From Candidatus Nanopelagicus sp. (GTDB lineage: Bacteria; Actinomycetota; Actinomycetes; Nanopelagicales; Nanopelagicaceae): 64,000 nucleotides of DNA. Positions 42,319 through 51,305 of the stretch are shown here, piece after piece (position 1 is the stretch's first letter; every line of letters begins with the position of its first letter). Below the pieces are notes generated by a model. It saw only the letters and a list, made by a program, of their open reading frames with translations, ran no database searches and had not been told where the DNA came from. The DNA lies in NCBI GenBank assembly GCA_016462445.1, contig JAEMTE010000002.1:4981-68980 (forward strand), read 5' to 3'. The translations under genes and the position numbers were made by a program.

Positions 42319-44511
42319 ATGTCTACTCTCGCGATCACTTTTGCTGATGAGTTGCGTGCACGTTCAGATGAAGACTTAGCTTCGCTATTTCAATACCGCC
42401 CAGATTTACTCTCCCCAGTTCCTAATGATTTTTCATCACTAGCTGCTCGGGCTAGTTCTACTCCCTCCCTTGTTCGCGCTCTTGATTGTTTGAATCTATG
42501 GCATTACCAAATTATTGAAGCAGCTTGCCTGCTGCCTGAGCCATTTAAAAAATCAGAGTTAATGTTAATAACTAGTGAAGAAACTGCATTTGCCTTGGAT
42601 TATCTATGGCAGATGGGATTACTTTATAAAGAAGGAAATAACTTCCGTACGCTGACAAATCTTAAATTATTGTTTGGTAATGAACCAGCTGGACTTGGAC
42701 CAGTATCTGTTGGCAAAGTTGATTTTTCTAAACTAAAAGATATTCCAAAGGCTTCATCTGATGTGCTAACTAAGTTAACTTGGGGGCCACCACGAGGTGC
42801 AATAACAAATATTAAAAAGCCTGGAAGTGCTATTGGTTGGCTGCTTGAAAATAATATTTTAGTAGCACTTGATTCTCACACCGTAGCCTTACCTCGTGAG
42901 TTTGGTATCAAATTACGTGGCGGTAAAATACATAAAGAATTAATCACTAAGGCTGGTGATTTAGATGGTAAAAAAATTGAACAAAAACAGATTGATTTAG
43001 CTGCAATTGCTAATATCTCCACAATTTTAAGATGGTGTGAAGAGTTACTGCATAACCTCTCTGATGAACCCCCAACTGCGCTAAGAAATGGTGGTATTGG
43101 AGTGCGGGACTTAAAGCGAATTGCTGAGCATCTAGGAGTTGATGAAGTTTGTGCTGGTTTTGTGGCAGAGCTTTGCTATCTGGGCGGTTTAGTTGTTATT
43201 GATCCAGATGATCAAATTCTGCCAACCTCAGCTTTTGATATTTGGCTAACTAAATCAGCAGAGGAGCGTTGGTACTCACTTGTTGTGTTATGGCTAGATA
43301 CCTCAAGAGTTAGCGGCTTAATTGGCAAGGTAATTGATAAAAATATTGCACCCCTAGGCCCTGAGTTAGATCGTGCTGGTGCTTCACTAATCCGTCGTAC
43401 TACATTAAAAGTATTGTTAGAAAATTTAAATACAGCGCCACAGTTAGCATCTTTGCAGAAAATAGTTAGATGGTGGAACCCACAACGGGCAAATGATGAT
43501 TTTGTAGAGTGGAATCTGCGTGAGGCAGAGTGGCTTGGCATTACTGGTCAAGGCGGCTTATCTACCTTTGGTAGCAACCTTCTCACTGAAGAGGCGGTGC
43601 TTGGAGTTGAGGCTTCTCTGCCAAAACCAGTTGATCATATTTTAATTCAAGCAGATAACTCTGCTGTTGCTCCTGGTCCGCTAACTGCAGAGTTATCTGC
43701 TGAAATGGGAACAATTGCAGATATTGAAAGTAGGGGTGGTGCAACAGTTTACCGTTTTAGTGAAGCGTCAATCAGGCGAGGCTTAGATCATGGTAAGACT
43801 GGTGATCAAATTAGGACATTTTTAATTAAGACATCTAAAACTCCGATGCCACAGCCTCTTGATTATTTAATTACTGATGTTGCAAAGCGACATGGCAGGT
43901 TAAGAGTTGGTAGCGCTCATACCTACATCAGATGCGAGGATGAAGGATTGGTGCAACAGATCCTGCATGATAAGAATTGTGAGCACCTGCGACTGCGAAA
44001 GATTGCTACCCAAGTTTTAGTTACAGATCTTGAGCTTACTGAAGTTATTAATGAGTTAAGAGAGTTTGGATACTTACCGGCGGCTGAAAATGCCAGCGGT
44101 GTATTACTTTCGCAACCAAATCTACGCCGTGCAAAATCAAGGCCAAAGCCACCAAGAATAATTTCTGAACTTACCTCTCCTAAGGAAGGTGTTATTTTAT
44201 CCGCGGTTAAAGCAATAAGAGCTGGTGAGCGCAGTCGTAAGGTTGAGCCAATAGTTTCAGGTACATCTTCAAATGAAACTTTAGCTTTAATCAATCAATA
44301 TATTTCCCAAAAGCGGACTCTAATAATTAGTTATGCTGATAATAATGGTGGGGTATCCAATCGAATTATCGAGCCAATCTCTATTTCGCTGGGCACCTTA
44401 ACCGCCCGCGATGAGACCACCGGTGAACAAGTGCAATTTCGCATCCCTAGGATCAATGGCGTAGCACCATCACTCACCATTTCTGAAAATAAGGCAGACT
44501 TAGACCTGTGA
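42319..44511 (+). CDS. Helicase-associated domain protein (XPB-binding Helicase_C_3-like domain, C-terminal WYL-like domain)
   Basis: LF..RPDL..P N-terminus; LIQADNSAVAPGP...ESRGGATVYRFSEASIRRGLD; C-terminal ISYADNNG...RIIEPIS...FRIPRI; matches the usual actinobacterial XPB partner. Confidence 0.82.
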   Translation: MSTLAITFADELRARSDEDLASLFQYRPDLLSPVPNDFSSLAARASSTPSLVRALDCLNLWHYQIIEAACLLPEPFKKSELMLITSEETAFALDYLWQMGLLYKEGNNFRTLTNLKLLFGNEPAGLGPVSVGKVDFSKLKDIPKASSDVLTKLTWGPPRGAITNIKKPGSAIGWLLENNILVALDSHTVALPREFGIKLRGGKIHKELITKAGDLDGKKIEQKQIDLAAIANISTILRWCEELLHNLSDEPPTALRNGGIGVRDLKRIAEHLGVDEVCAGFVAELCYLGGLVVIDPDDQILPTSAFDIWLTKSAEERWYSLVVLWLDTSRVSGLIGKVIDKNIAPLGPELDRAGASLIRRTTLKVLLENLNTAPQLASLQKIVRWWNPQRANDDFVEWNLREAEWLGITGQGGLSTFGSNLLTEEAVLGVEASLPKPVDHILIQADNSAVAPGPLTAELSAEMGTIADIESRGGATVYRFSEASIRRGLDHGKTGDQIRTFLIKTSKTPMPQPLDYLITDVAKRHGRLRVGSAHTYIRCEDEGLVQQILHDKNCEHLRLRKIATQVLVTDLELTEVINELREFGYLPAAENASGVLLSQPNLRRAKSRPKPPRIISELTSPKEGVILSAVKAIRAGERSRKVEPIVSGTSSNETLALINQYISQKRTLIISYADNNGGVSNRIIEPISISLGTLTARDETTGEQVQFRIPRINGVAPSLTISENKADLDL

Positions 44512-45575
44512 GTGCAATATTTGATATCCAACGCCTAGTTGAATGTGAGTCCCCCACTGAGGATTTAGCAGCATGTAACCAAGTTATAGATCTAGCGGTT
44601 GAAATTGCCGGTAAAGTATTAAAAACTGCGGCGCAAAATATTAATGAAAATGGCCGGCCAGTATTTTGGTGGGGATCTAAAACTCCGAAGATTGTTCTAC
44701 TTTGTCATTTAGATACTGTTTGGCCAAAAGGATCTTTTAAACCAACTTGGCAGGTCAGTGGCGATAATGCAACAGGACCTGGCGTATTTGATATGAAGGC
44801 CGGCTTTATCCAAGCTTTATACGCTCTTGCGGAAATTAATAATGCACAGGAAAAAGTAGCGTTGATCGCTACAACTGATGAAGAGACTGGTAGTGCTACC
44901 TCCAAAGATTTAATTGTTCGATTAGCAAAGGGATCTGATGCGGTATTAGTTTTTGAGGCATCTTTAGATGGTAAAGCTAAGACTGGTCGTAAGGGAACGG
45001 CGATGTACCAAGTAAGTGTTACTGGTAGGGCATCACATGCTGGCCTTGAACCAGAAAAAGGAATTAATGCCACAACTGAACTTGCTAAATTAGTAATGCA
45101 GATTTCCTCACTTGAAGATCCAAAGTTTGGCACAACTGCAGTACCAACAGTTATGCAATCAGGAACTACTACTAATACCGTACCAGCCTTAGCTAAATTA
45201 GATATTGATGTTAGATCTTTTACTACTGCTGAACTTAATAGAATCGATAAGTCAATTAGAGGATTAAGTAGTGCTGTGGCAACCGTCTCGGTAAGTGGCG
45301 GAATTAATCGACCACCTCTAGAACTTTCAAGTACAAAAGAGCTTTATGAAAAATTCGAAAAGGTAGCTAAAGATTTAGGAGTTGCTCCGGTAGGCCATGC
45401 CAGCGTAGGTGGTGCAAGTGATGGAAATCTTGCAGCAGCAGCTGGGGCTAGGGTTTTGGATGGATTAGGTGCAGTAGGAATTGGCGCCCATGCGCCAACT
45501 GAATCAATAAAAATATCAACGGTTGAGCCAAGGATTAAATTAATTAATGCTTTTATTAATGAGTTGCTTAAATGA
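44508..45575 (+). CDS. M20 family metallopeptidase (carboxypeptidase G2-like)
   Basis: HLDTVW, GVFDMKAG, DEE, FE, SHAG, GGASDGN, GAH metal-ligand motifs. Confidence 0.9.
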   Translation: MSAIFDIQRLVECESPTEDLAACNQVIDLAVEIAGKVLKTAAQNINENGRPVFWWGSKTPKIVLLCHLDTVWPKGSFKPTWQVSGDNATGPGVFDMKAGFIQALYALAEINNAQEKVALIATTDEETGSATSKDLIVRLAKGSDAVLVFEASLDGKAKTGRKGTAMYQVSVTGRASHAGLEPEKGINATTELAKLVMQISSLEDPKFGTTAVPTVMQSGTTTNTVPALAKLDIDVRSFTTAELNRIDKSIRGLSSAVATVSVSGGINRPPLELSSTKELYEKFEKVAKDLGVAPVGHASVGGASDGNLAAAAGARVLDGLGAVGIGAHAPTESIKISTVEPRIKLINAFINELLK

Positions 45576-47218
45576 GTGATGGTCCACTAATTGTTCAAAG
45601 TGATAAGACGCTTTTATTAGATATTGACCATATTCTCTCTGATGAATGCCGTAGGGCGATTGCTGCCTTTGCGGAATTAGAAAAATCACCAGAGCATATT
45701 CATACCTACCGCTTAACTCCGCTTGGGCTTTGGAATGCAAGGGCAGCGGGCCATGATGCTGAGCAGGTAGTTGATGTATTACTTAAGTACTCAAGATATG
45801 CAGTTCCGCACTCTTTATTAGTTGATATCGCAGAGACCATGTCTCGTTACGGCAGATTGCGACTAGAGGCTCATCCAGTACACGGTTTAATTTTGGTATC
45901 AAATGATGCTGCAGTTTTAAAAGAGGTAACTCGCGGCAAGAAGGTTGCACCAATGCTTGGACTGCAATTAGATCCTGAAACAATTGTGGTTCACCCAGGC
46001 CAACGCGGCTTCTTAAAACAAGCACTACTTAAATTAGGCTGGCCAGCTGAGGATTTTGCAGGTTATGTTGATGGCGAGCATCATGAAATTGCATTAAAGC
46101 AAGATGGTTGGAAGATTCGTAAGTATCAAGAGTTAGCAGCTGAGGGTTTCTGGCATGGTGGCTCTGGTGTTGTTGTATTGCCTTGCGGTGCTGGCAAAAC
46201 AATTGTGGGCGCAGCAGCTATGGCTCATGCCAAAGCAACCACATTAATTTTAGTAACTAATACTGTGGCTGCTCGTCAGTGGCGAGATGAATTATTGCGG
46301 CGAACTGATTTAAATGAGGATGACATTGGTGAGTACAGTGGTGCTAAGAAAGAGATTCGACCAGTAACTATTGCAACCTATCAAGTTATGACGACCCGAA
46401 AAAATGGTCTCTACGCCCACCTTGACTTATTTGATGCAATCGATTGGGGATTAATTATTTATGATGAGGTGCACCTATTACCTGCGCCAATCTTTAGATT
46501 TACTGCAGATATCCAATCTCGCCGCAGATTAGGACTGACTGCAACTTTAGTGCGTGAAGATGGCATGGAGGGTGAGGTCTTCTCCTTAATTGGGCCAAAG
46601 AGATTTGATGTGCCGTGGAAAGAGATTGAAGCACAAGGTTATATCGCACCAGCTGATTGCGTTGAAGTAAGAATTACCTTAACCGATGAAGAGCGCCTTA
46701 ATTATGCAACTGCTGAACAAGAAAATCGATACCGATTTTGCTCCACCTCACAAAGTAAAAAAACAGTTGCAATTGCATTAGCTAAACAACATGCAAATGA
46801 TCAAGTTTTAGTAATTGGCCAATATATTGATCAATTAGATCAATTGTCAGAGGCGTTGGGAGTACCGGTAATTAAAGGTGACACACCAATTAAAGAACGT
46901 GAGCGGTTATACGCGCTATTTCGTAGCGGTGAGATTAAGTGTTTAGTAGTTTCAAAGGTTGCTAACTTTTCTATCGACTTACCGGAGGCGACTATTGCAA
47001 TTCAGGTTTCAGGCACCTTTGGCTCTCGACAAGAGGAAGCACAACGGCTTGGCCGAATTCTTCGCCCAAAGGCAGATGGTCGTGGCGCACGTTTTTATTC
47101 ATTAGTCGCCCGTGACACTATTGATCAAGATTTTGCCCAAAATCGTCAACGGTTTTTAGCTGAACAAGGTTACGCCTATCGCATTATTGATGCGGATGAG
47201 GTTATAAATAAAATCTAA
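45572..47218 (+). CDS. DNA repair helicase XPB (Ercc3/Ssl2-like)
   Basis: PLIVQSDKTLLL, SGVVVLPCGAGKT, DEVH, LGLTATLVRED (RED motif), QRLGRILR. Confidence 0.95.
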   Translation: MSDGPLIVQSDKTLLLDIDHILSDECRRAIAAFAELEKSPEHIHTYRLTPLGLWNARAAGHDAEQVVDVLLKYSRYAVPHSLLVDIAETMSRYGRLRLEAHPVHGLILVSNDAAVLKEVTRGKKVAPMLGLQLDPETIVVHPGQRGFLKQALLKLGWPAEDFAGYVDGEHHEIALKQDGWKIRKYQELAAEGFWHGGSGVVVLPCGAGKTIVGAAAMAHAKATTLILVTNTVAARQWRDELLRRTDLNEDDIGEYSGAKKEIRPVTIATYQVMTTRKNGLYAHLDLFDAIDWGLIIYDEVHLLPAPIFRFTADIQSRRRLGLTATLVREDGMEGEVFSLIGPKRFDVPWKEIEAQGYIAPADCVEVRITLTDEERLNYATAEQENRYRFCSTSQSKKTVAIALAKQHANDQVLVIGQYIDQLDQLSEALGVPVIKGDTPIKERERLYALFRSGEIKCLVVSKVANFSIDLPEATIAIQVSGTFGSRQEEAQRLGRILRPKADGRGARFYSLVARDTIDQDFAQNRQRFLAEQGYAYRIIDADEVINKI

Positions 47219-47451
47219 GCTTTTATTGCTTTTGTAAATCTTGCTAAATCTACCCGCCAATAATCATGGATTTTATTATTTATTAAAATAACCGGTACCT
47301 GCTCGCCATACTCTTGCTCTAAGACGGCATCATCACCAATAAATTTAATCTCTAGATTAAAACCCAGCTCATCTTTTACAGAGTTAATTTGGTCTATCGC
47401 AATCTCGCATAAGTGACAGCCGACACGTGAGTAAACCATTACCTCTTTCAT
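47215..47451 (-). CDS. Glutaredoxin-like protein (DUF836 type)
   Basis: YSRVGCHLCE (CxxC), YGEQVPVILIN. Confidence 0.88.
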   Translation of the reverse strand: MKEVMVYSRVGCHLCEIAIDQINSVKDELGFNLEIKFIGDDAVLEQEYGEQVPVILINNKIHDYWRVDLARFTKAIKA

Positions 47452-47534
47452 TAATGGCCGCCGAATATATAGGCCATAGGTTTGCCTGACCCAAAGGTTA
47501 TGTTATTTTGCTGAATTGTTGCTGATAGCTTCAT
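47451..47534 (-). CDS. Putative 27-aa small ORF coupled to the glutaredoxin-like gene
   Basis: Manual translation MKLSATIQQNNITFGSGKPMAYIFGGH*; its TAA overlaps the downstream ATG (TAATG). Confidence 0.35.
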   Translation of the reverse strand: MKLSATIQQNNITFGSGKPMAYIFGGH

Positions 47535-47577
47535 AACTGGCACTGACCTATCATCTCAGACTGTTAGCCTTTAGCCC

Positions 47578-49932
47578 GTGCGCTTTAAATCAATATTACT
47601 TTCGATCGGGCTACTATCTGCCTTTCTAGTTACCCCATTCTCAACTGCACCATCTAATGCTTTAGGAATAAAGGTGGCGCCAGCTAACTGGGGATATATC
47701 TACGCAAGTGAAAAAACAGTTTCAGTTCAATCTACTCCTAGAGCGCCTTCAGCAAATCTTGAGAAAAAAAGCAATTTCATTATTAACTTTAATTCTGTAC
47801 CAGATTTTGCCAGAGTCCCCATCCAAGCAGCGGTTGATGTTTGGTCTGAGAACTTTTCATCTACAGTTCCAGTAAATATAAATATTACTTGGGGTAGGGC
47901 TGCAAATTACGGGATCTTAGCTGCTGCTAGTGCAAAAAGTAACTATGCAAATTTTCCCAACGCTCCAGATAAAACTCTTTACTACTCAGCCGCGCTTGCT
48001 AACGCATTATCGGGTAAAGATTTAGACACAACAAAACCAGAAATGGAAATAACAATTACCTCTGATGCTCCTTGGTATTACGGAATAGATGGTAAGTGCC
48101 CGCCAAAATCATATGATTTAGAATCAGTAATCTTGCATGAAATGGGCCATGGCTTAGGTTTTATCTCTGGAAATTATTACGATAGTTTTTCTGGCTTTGG
48201 CAGAATTGATCAACCCACCATATTTGATGCTTATGTACAACTACCTGATGGTAGGCGGTTAGCAGATATGCCATCTCCAGCATTGGAGACTGGTAAGGCA
48301 CTTACCTCAACATTATTTTGGTCTGGTGAAAATACAGTTAAGGCAAATAAGGGAGTTAAGCCACTTTTATATTCACCAGCAATTTATGAGGTAGGTTCTT
48401 CAATAAGTCATTTAGATGAAAAAACATTTTCGCAATCAGGTGATAACGCGGTTATGACACCAAACTTAGATTCTGGTGAAGTCTTTCATTTGCCTGGATC
48501 ACTTCTGCTAGCAATGATCGAAGATATGCGACAGAAGCCACCTATCGGTGTTGCCTTCGGCTCTCCACTGCCACCTCAAAATGTTAAAGCATTAATAAGT
48601 GATAAGAGCGCGATTGTTGAATTTGATCCACCTACTAATTTTAGGTCTGCTCAAATTTCAAAATATGAGGTAAAAAATATTCAAACAGCGGAATCTGTTA
48701 TCGTTACTGAAAGCCCAGCAATATTTACTGGGTTAGTAAATGGAAGTAAGTACACCTTTTCAGTTTCTGCAACAAACACCTTAGGCACATCTAATACTGC
48801 AATATCTAATACGGTTATCCCGCAGGCGGTGTGGAAAAGTTCAATAATTGATAAAAATGCTGATAGTAAATACCTTGCTAGCGGAGTTTATGCTGGCAAA
48901 CCGGTAATTGCTTACAGTGATAGTAAAAATGGTGATTTAAAGCTTGCTACTTATAGCGGTAGTAAGTGGAGCACTACTACAGTTGACGGAAACCAATTGA
49001 GCATTGGTCGGACAAATAATAATGTCTCAGGTTATGTATCTATGTGCACCTCAATTGTTGGTAAAACAAATTATTTACATCTTTTTTATGCAGATCTTGT
49101 AGATAAAGATCTTCGATACGCGGTTTATAACGGTAAGTACTGGCTCTATGAGGTTGTTGATGGTGATGGCGGTGCTATTCAAGATTACAAAGAGTTCCCG
49201 CGTGTACGAGGTGGCTCAGATGTATCTGTATCTAATGCATGCGCAGTAACTACTGATGGCGTGCAGGTTTTCTACCGTGATGAATCACAGGGAATTTTAC
49301 TAGGAGCGGTTAAAGATAAAAATGAATGGCGATATGAAATTGTAGATGGAGATAAAGACTCAGAGGAGCGCACTACTGGAGATGTTGGTTTTCATTTAAA
49401 AGCAACCACAGTTGGAAAAAAGATTCACTTAATTTATGACTCAGTTAGAGGCTTTGATCTTGATCGAAATGTAACTAGAGGTGATATTCGTTATGCCAGT
49501 AGGGGTAGTGCACTTGTTGAGGATTGGGTATATAAAACATTAGATGTACCAGCTGAGGGTGTAGCGGTTGCTGGTTACGATGTTGGCATATTTAATAGTA
49601 AGCGTGGCATAAACTTTAGTTGGTTCACCGCAAGTGGTATCTCATTTCCAAATCCAAATCAGCTGCGATATAAAAATCTTACCGATACAGTGTTCACTGA
49701 TGTGAGTAGTGCAAATTATGGAAAACCTAATTCACCGGTATCGATAGATGAGAAATCAATTCTCTTTAGTTGCCAACTTCGATTATGCTCAGTTGATAAG
49801 GCCGATAAGAAGATTTCTTTAATTTCAAGTGGAAGTATCCAAAATGAGGGACAAAGTAATTGGATCACTATAAATAAAGTTAGATACGCCCTTGCTGGTA
49901 TATCTGGAAAATTAACGCTTTTAAAACCTTAA
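47578..49932 (+). CDS. Secreted protein with HEXXH zinc-metalloprotease-like domain, FN3 domain and beta-rich C-terminal repeats
   Basis: Signal peptide; VILHEMGHGLGF, SISHLDE, VMTP; FN3-like PPQNVKA...FTGLVNGSKYTFSVSATN; repeated W..E.VDG units. Confidence 0.75.
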   Translation: MRFKSILLSIGLLSAFLVTPFSTAPSNALGIKVAPANWGYIYASEKTVSVQSTPRAPSANLEKKSNFIINFNSVPDFARVPIQAAVDVWSENFSSTVPVNINITWGRAANYGILAAASAKSNYANFPNAPDKTLYYSAALANALSGKDLDTTKPEMEITITSDAPWYYGIDGKCPPKSYDLESVILHEMGHGLGFISGNYYDSFSGFGRIDQPTIFDAYVQLPDGRRLADMPSPALETGKALTSTLFWSGENTVKANKGVKPLLYSPAIYEVGSSISHLDEKTFSQSGDNAVMTPNLDSGEVFHLPGSLLLAMIEDMRQKPPIGVAFGSPLPPQNVKALISDKSAIVEFDPPTNFRSAQISKYEVKNIQTAESVIVTESPAIFTGLVNGSKYTFSVSATNTLGTSNTAISNTVIPQAVWKSSIIDKNADSKYLASGVYAGKPVIAYSDSKNGDLKLATYSGSKWSTTTVDGNQLSIGRTNNNVSGYVSMCTSIVGKTNYLHLFYADLVDKDLRYAVYNGKYWLYEVVDGDGGAIQDYKEFPRVRGGSDVSVSNACAVTTDGVQVFYRDESQGILLGAVKDKNEWRYEIVDGDKDSEERTTGDVGFHLKATTVGKKIHLIYDSVRGFDLDRNVTRGDIRYASRGSALVEDWVYKTLDVPAEGVAVAGYDVGIFNSKRGINFSWFTASGISFPNPNQLRYKNLTDTVFTDVSSANYGKPNSPVSIDEKSILFSCQLRLCSVDKADKKISLISSGSIQNEGQSNWITINKVRYALAGISGKLTLLKP

Positions 49933-49944
49933 AACAAGTAGGTA

Positions 49945-50043
49945 CTACTTGGCGTTACGGCGCTGAATTCTGGTCTTTTTAAGAAGTTTTTTATGCTTCT
50001 TCTTCGCCATTCGTTTACGTCGTTTTTTAATTACTGAACCCAT
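49945..50043 (-). CDS. 30S ribosomal protein bS22 (AURKAIP1/COX24 domain)
   Basis: Manual translation [32 protein letters not shown]; AAGGAG RBS; absent from the ORF track. Confidence 0.93.
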   Translation of the reverse strand: MGSVIKKRRKRMAKKKHKKLLKKTRIQRRNAK

Positions 50044-50081
50044 TGTGCTCCTTTGAAATATTAACTAATGAGCAGAGATTA

Positions 50082-51305
50082 CTAGTTAATCAACACTAAG
50101 CCAAAACTTACACCTGAATCGGTGATTAATACCGTTCCAATTTCATTATTTGCGGCAATTGCAACCGCTGGTGAGGTGAGTGAGTAGGAAGTGATCACTT
50201 CACCCTTCTTACCTAATTCTAAAACAACTGGGGTGGCACTCTTTGGCTTCCAAGCTGGTACCCCTTTAATTACGCCGGAGGAGGTAAAACTTGCCCAAGA
50301 ATTTTTGCCGGTTGCAACTAGCGCTACTGATTTAGCTAAGTACCTCATGTTCCAAGTTGGCTTACCAAGAGATGAAAACTTTGTAATCGCAGCCTCAGTT
50401 TTATTTGAGTATGAAACTTTTCCGCCTTGCAATAATCCGGCATCAATTGAATTCCAGCTTCTGGTAGTACTTTTTAATGTTGCTCTTGCTACTTGTTGTA
50501 ATGCTCCTGTTGCTGAAATCTTAATTGATACAGCATCTACTTTACTAATTGGCTTAGTTTTAAGTAATAAATCACCACTTGCTCCGACTGCGGTAATACT
50601 GCCATCTTTATTAAGAATTGCTGAATTAATCTGTGTTGATTTAACTCCATACTTAATCATTGGCAAGAATGTACCCGTTTTACTTACACTTAGATAAAAT
50701 CCTTTAACCTCTTTCTTTTCGTAATAATCTCCAATAATTGCTACACCCTCGGCTGTGATCAGTAATTGTTTAGGGTTAACAACACTTTCGGCTATGAATT
50801 CAAATGTATTTAGTAAGGTGCCAGTACTACTTATCTGCCATATTTTAATTCGATTAAGTGGTGTGTTAATTGGTTGGGCTGGATCTAGTGCCACATTGTC
50901 CGGATTTAAGACTTTTGTTGACGTGCTAGGTGTGGTTGGTGTTACCAAAGATGTACTTGCACCTACCACCCAGATGCTGCCATCTATATCTATGGCAACT
51001 GAGGATGCTATTTCATTTGCTGCCCCACCAAGACGTAGGTTCCAAAGTGGTGCACCTTGCGCGGTATATGCTGCAATAAATCCATCACTTAACCCACCAA
51101 GTGGTCCATTTATCCATGCTGAGCTAGCAGATTCAGTTGTGCCAACTAAAACAATACTTACTGGAGTTAAGGCTAGATCACTTACCTGATCTGAGTTTAA
51201 ATAGGCAAGCTCCACAATTGGCTTTAGATTCTTCATTACTACAGCATTTGCAGAGCTTGGTAATAAGGAAAAAATAAATATGACTACAAGAAAAACTCTT
51301 TTCAA
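50082..51305 (-). CDS. Secreted hypothetical protein, probable beta-propeller
   Basis: Signal peptide ending ANA; repeat unit DGFIAAYTAQGAPLWNLRLGGAANEIASSVAIDIDGSIWVVG; TTG start overlaps the proC stop. Confidence 0.65.
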   Translation of the reverse strand: MKRVFLVVIFIFSLLPSSANAVVMKNLKPIVELAYLNSDQVSDLALTPVSIVLVGTTESASSAWINGPLGGLSDGFIAAYTAQGAPLWNLRLGGAANEIASSVAIDIDGSIWVVGASTSLVTPTTPSTSTKVLNPDNVALDPAQPINTPLNRIKIWQISSTGTLLNTFEFIAESVVNPKQLLITAEGVAIIGDYYEKKEVKGFYLSVSKTGTFLPMIKYGVKSTQINSAILNKDGSITAVGASGDLLLKTKPISKVDAVSIKISATGALQQVARATLKSTTRSWNSIDAGLLQGGKVSYSNKTEAAITKFSSLGKPTWNMRYLAKSVALVATGKNSWASFTSSGVIKGVPAWKPKSATPVVLELGKKGEVITSYSLTSPAVAIAANNEIGTVLITDSGVSFGLVLIN

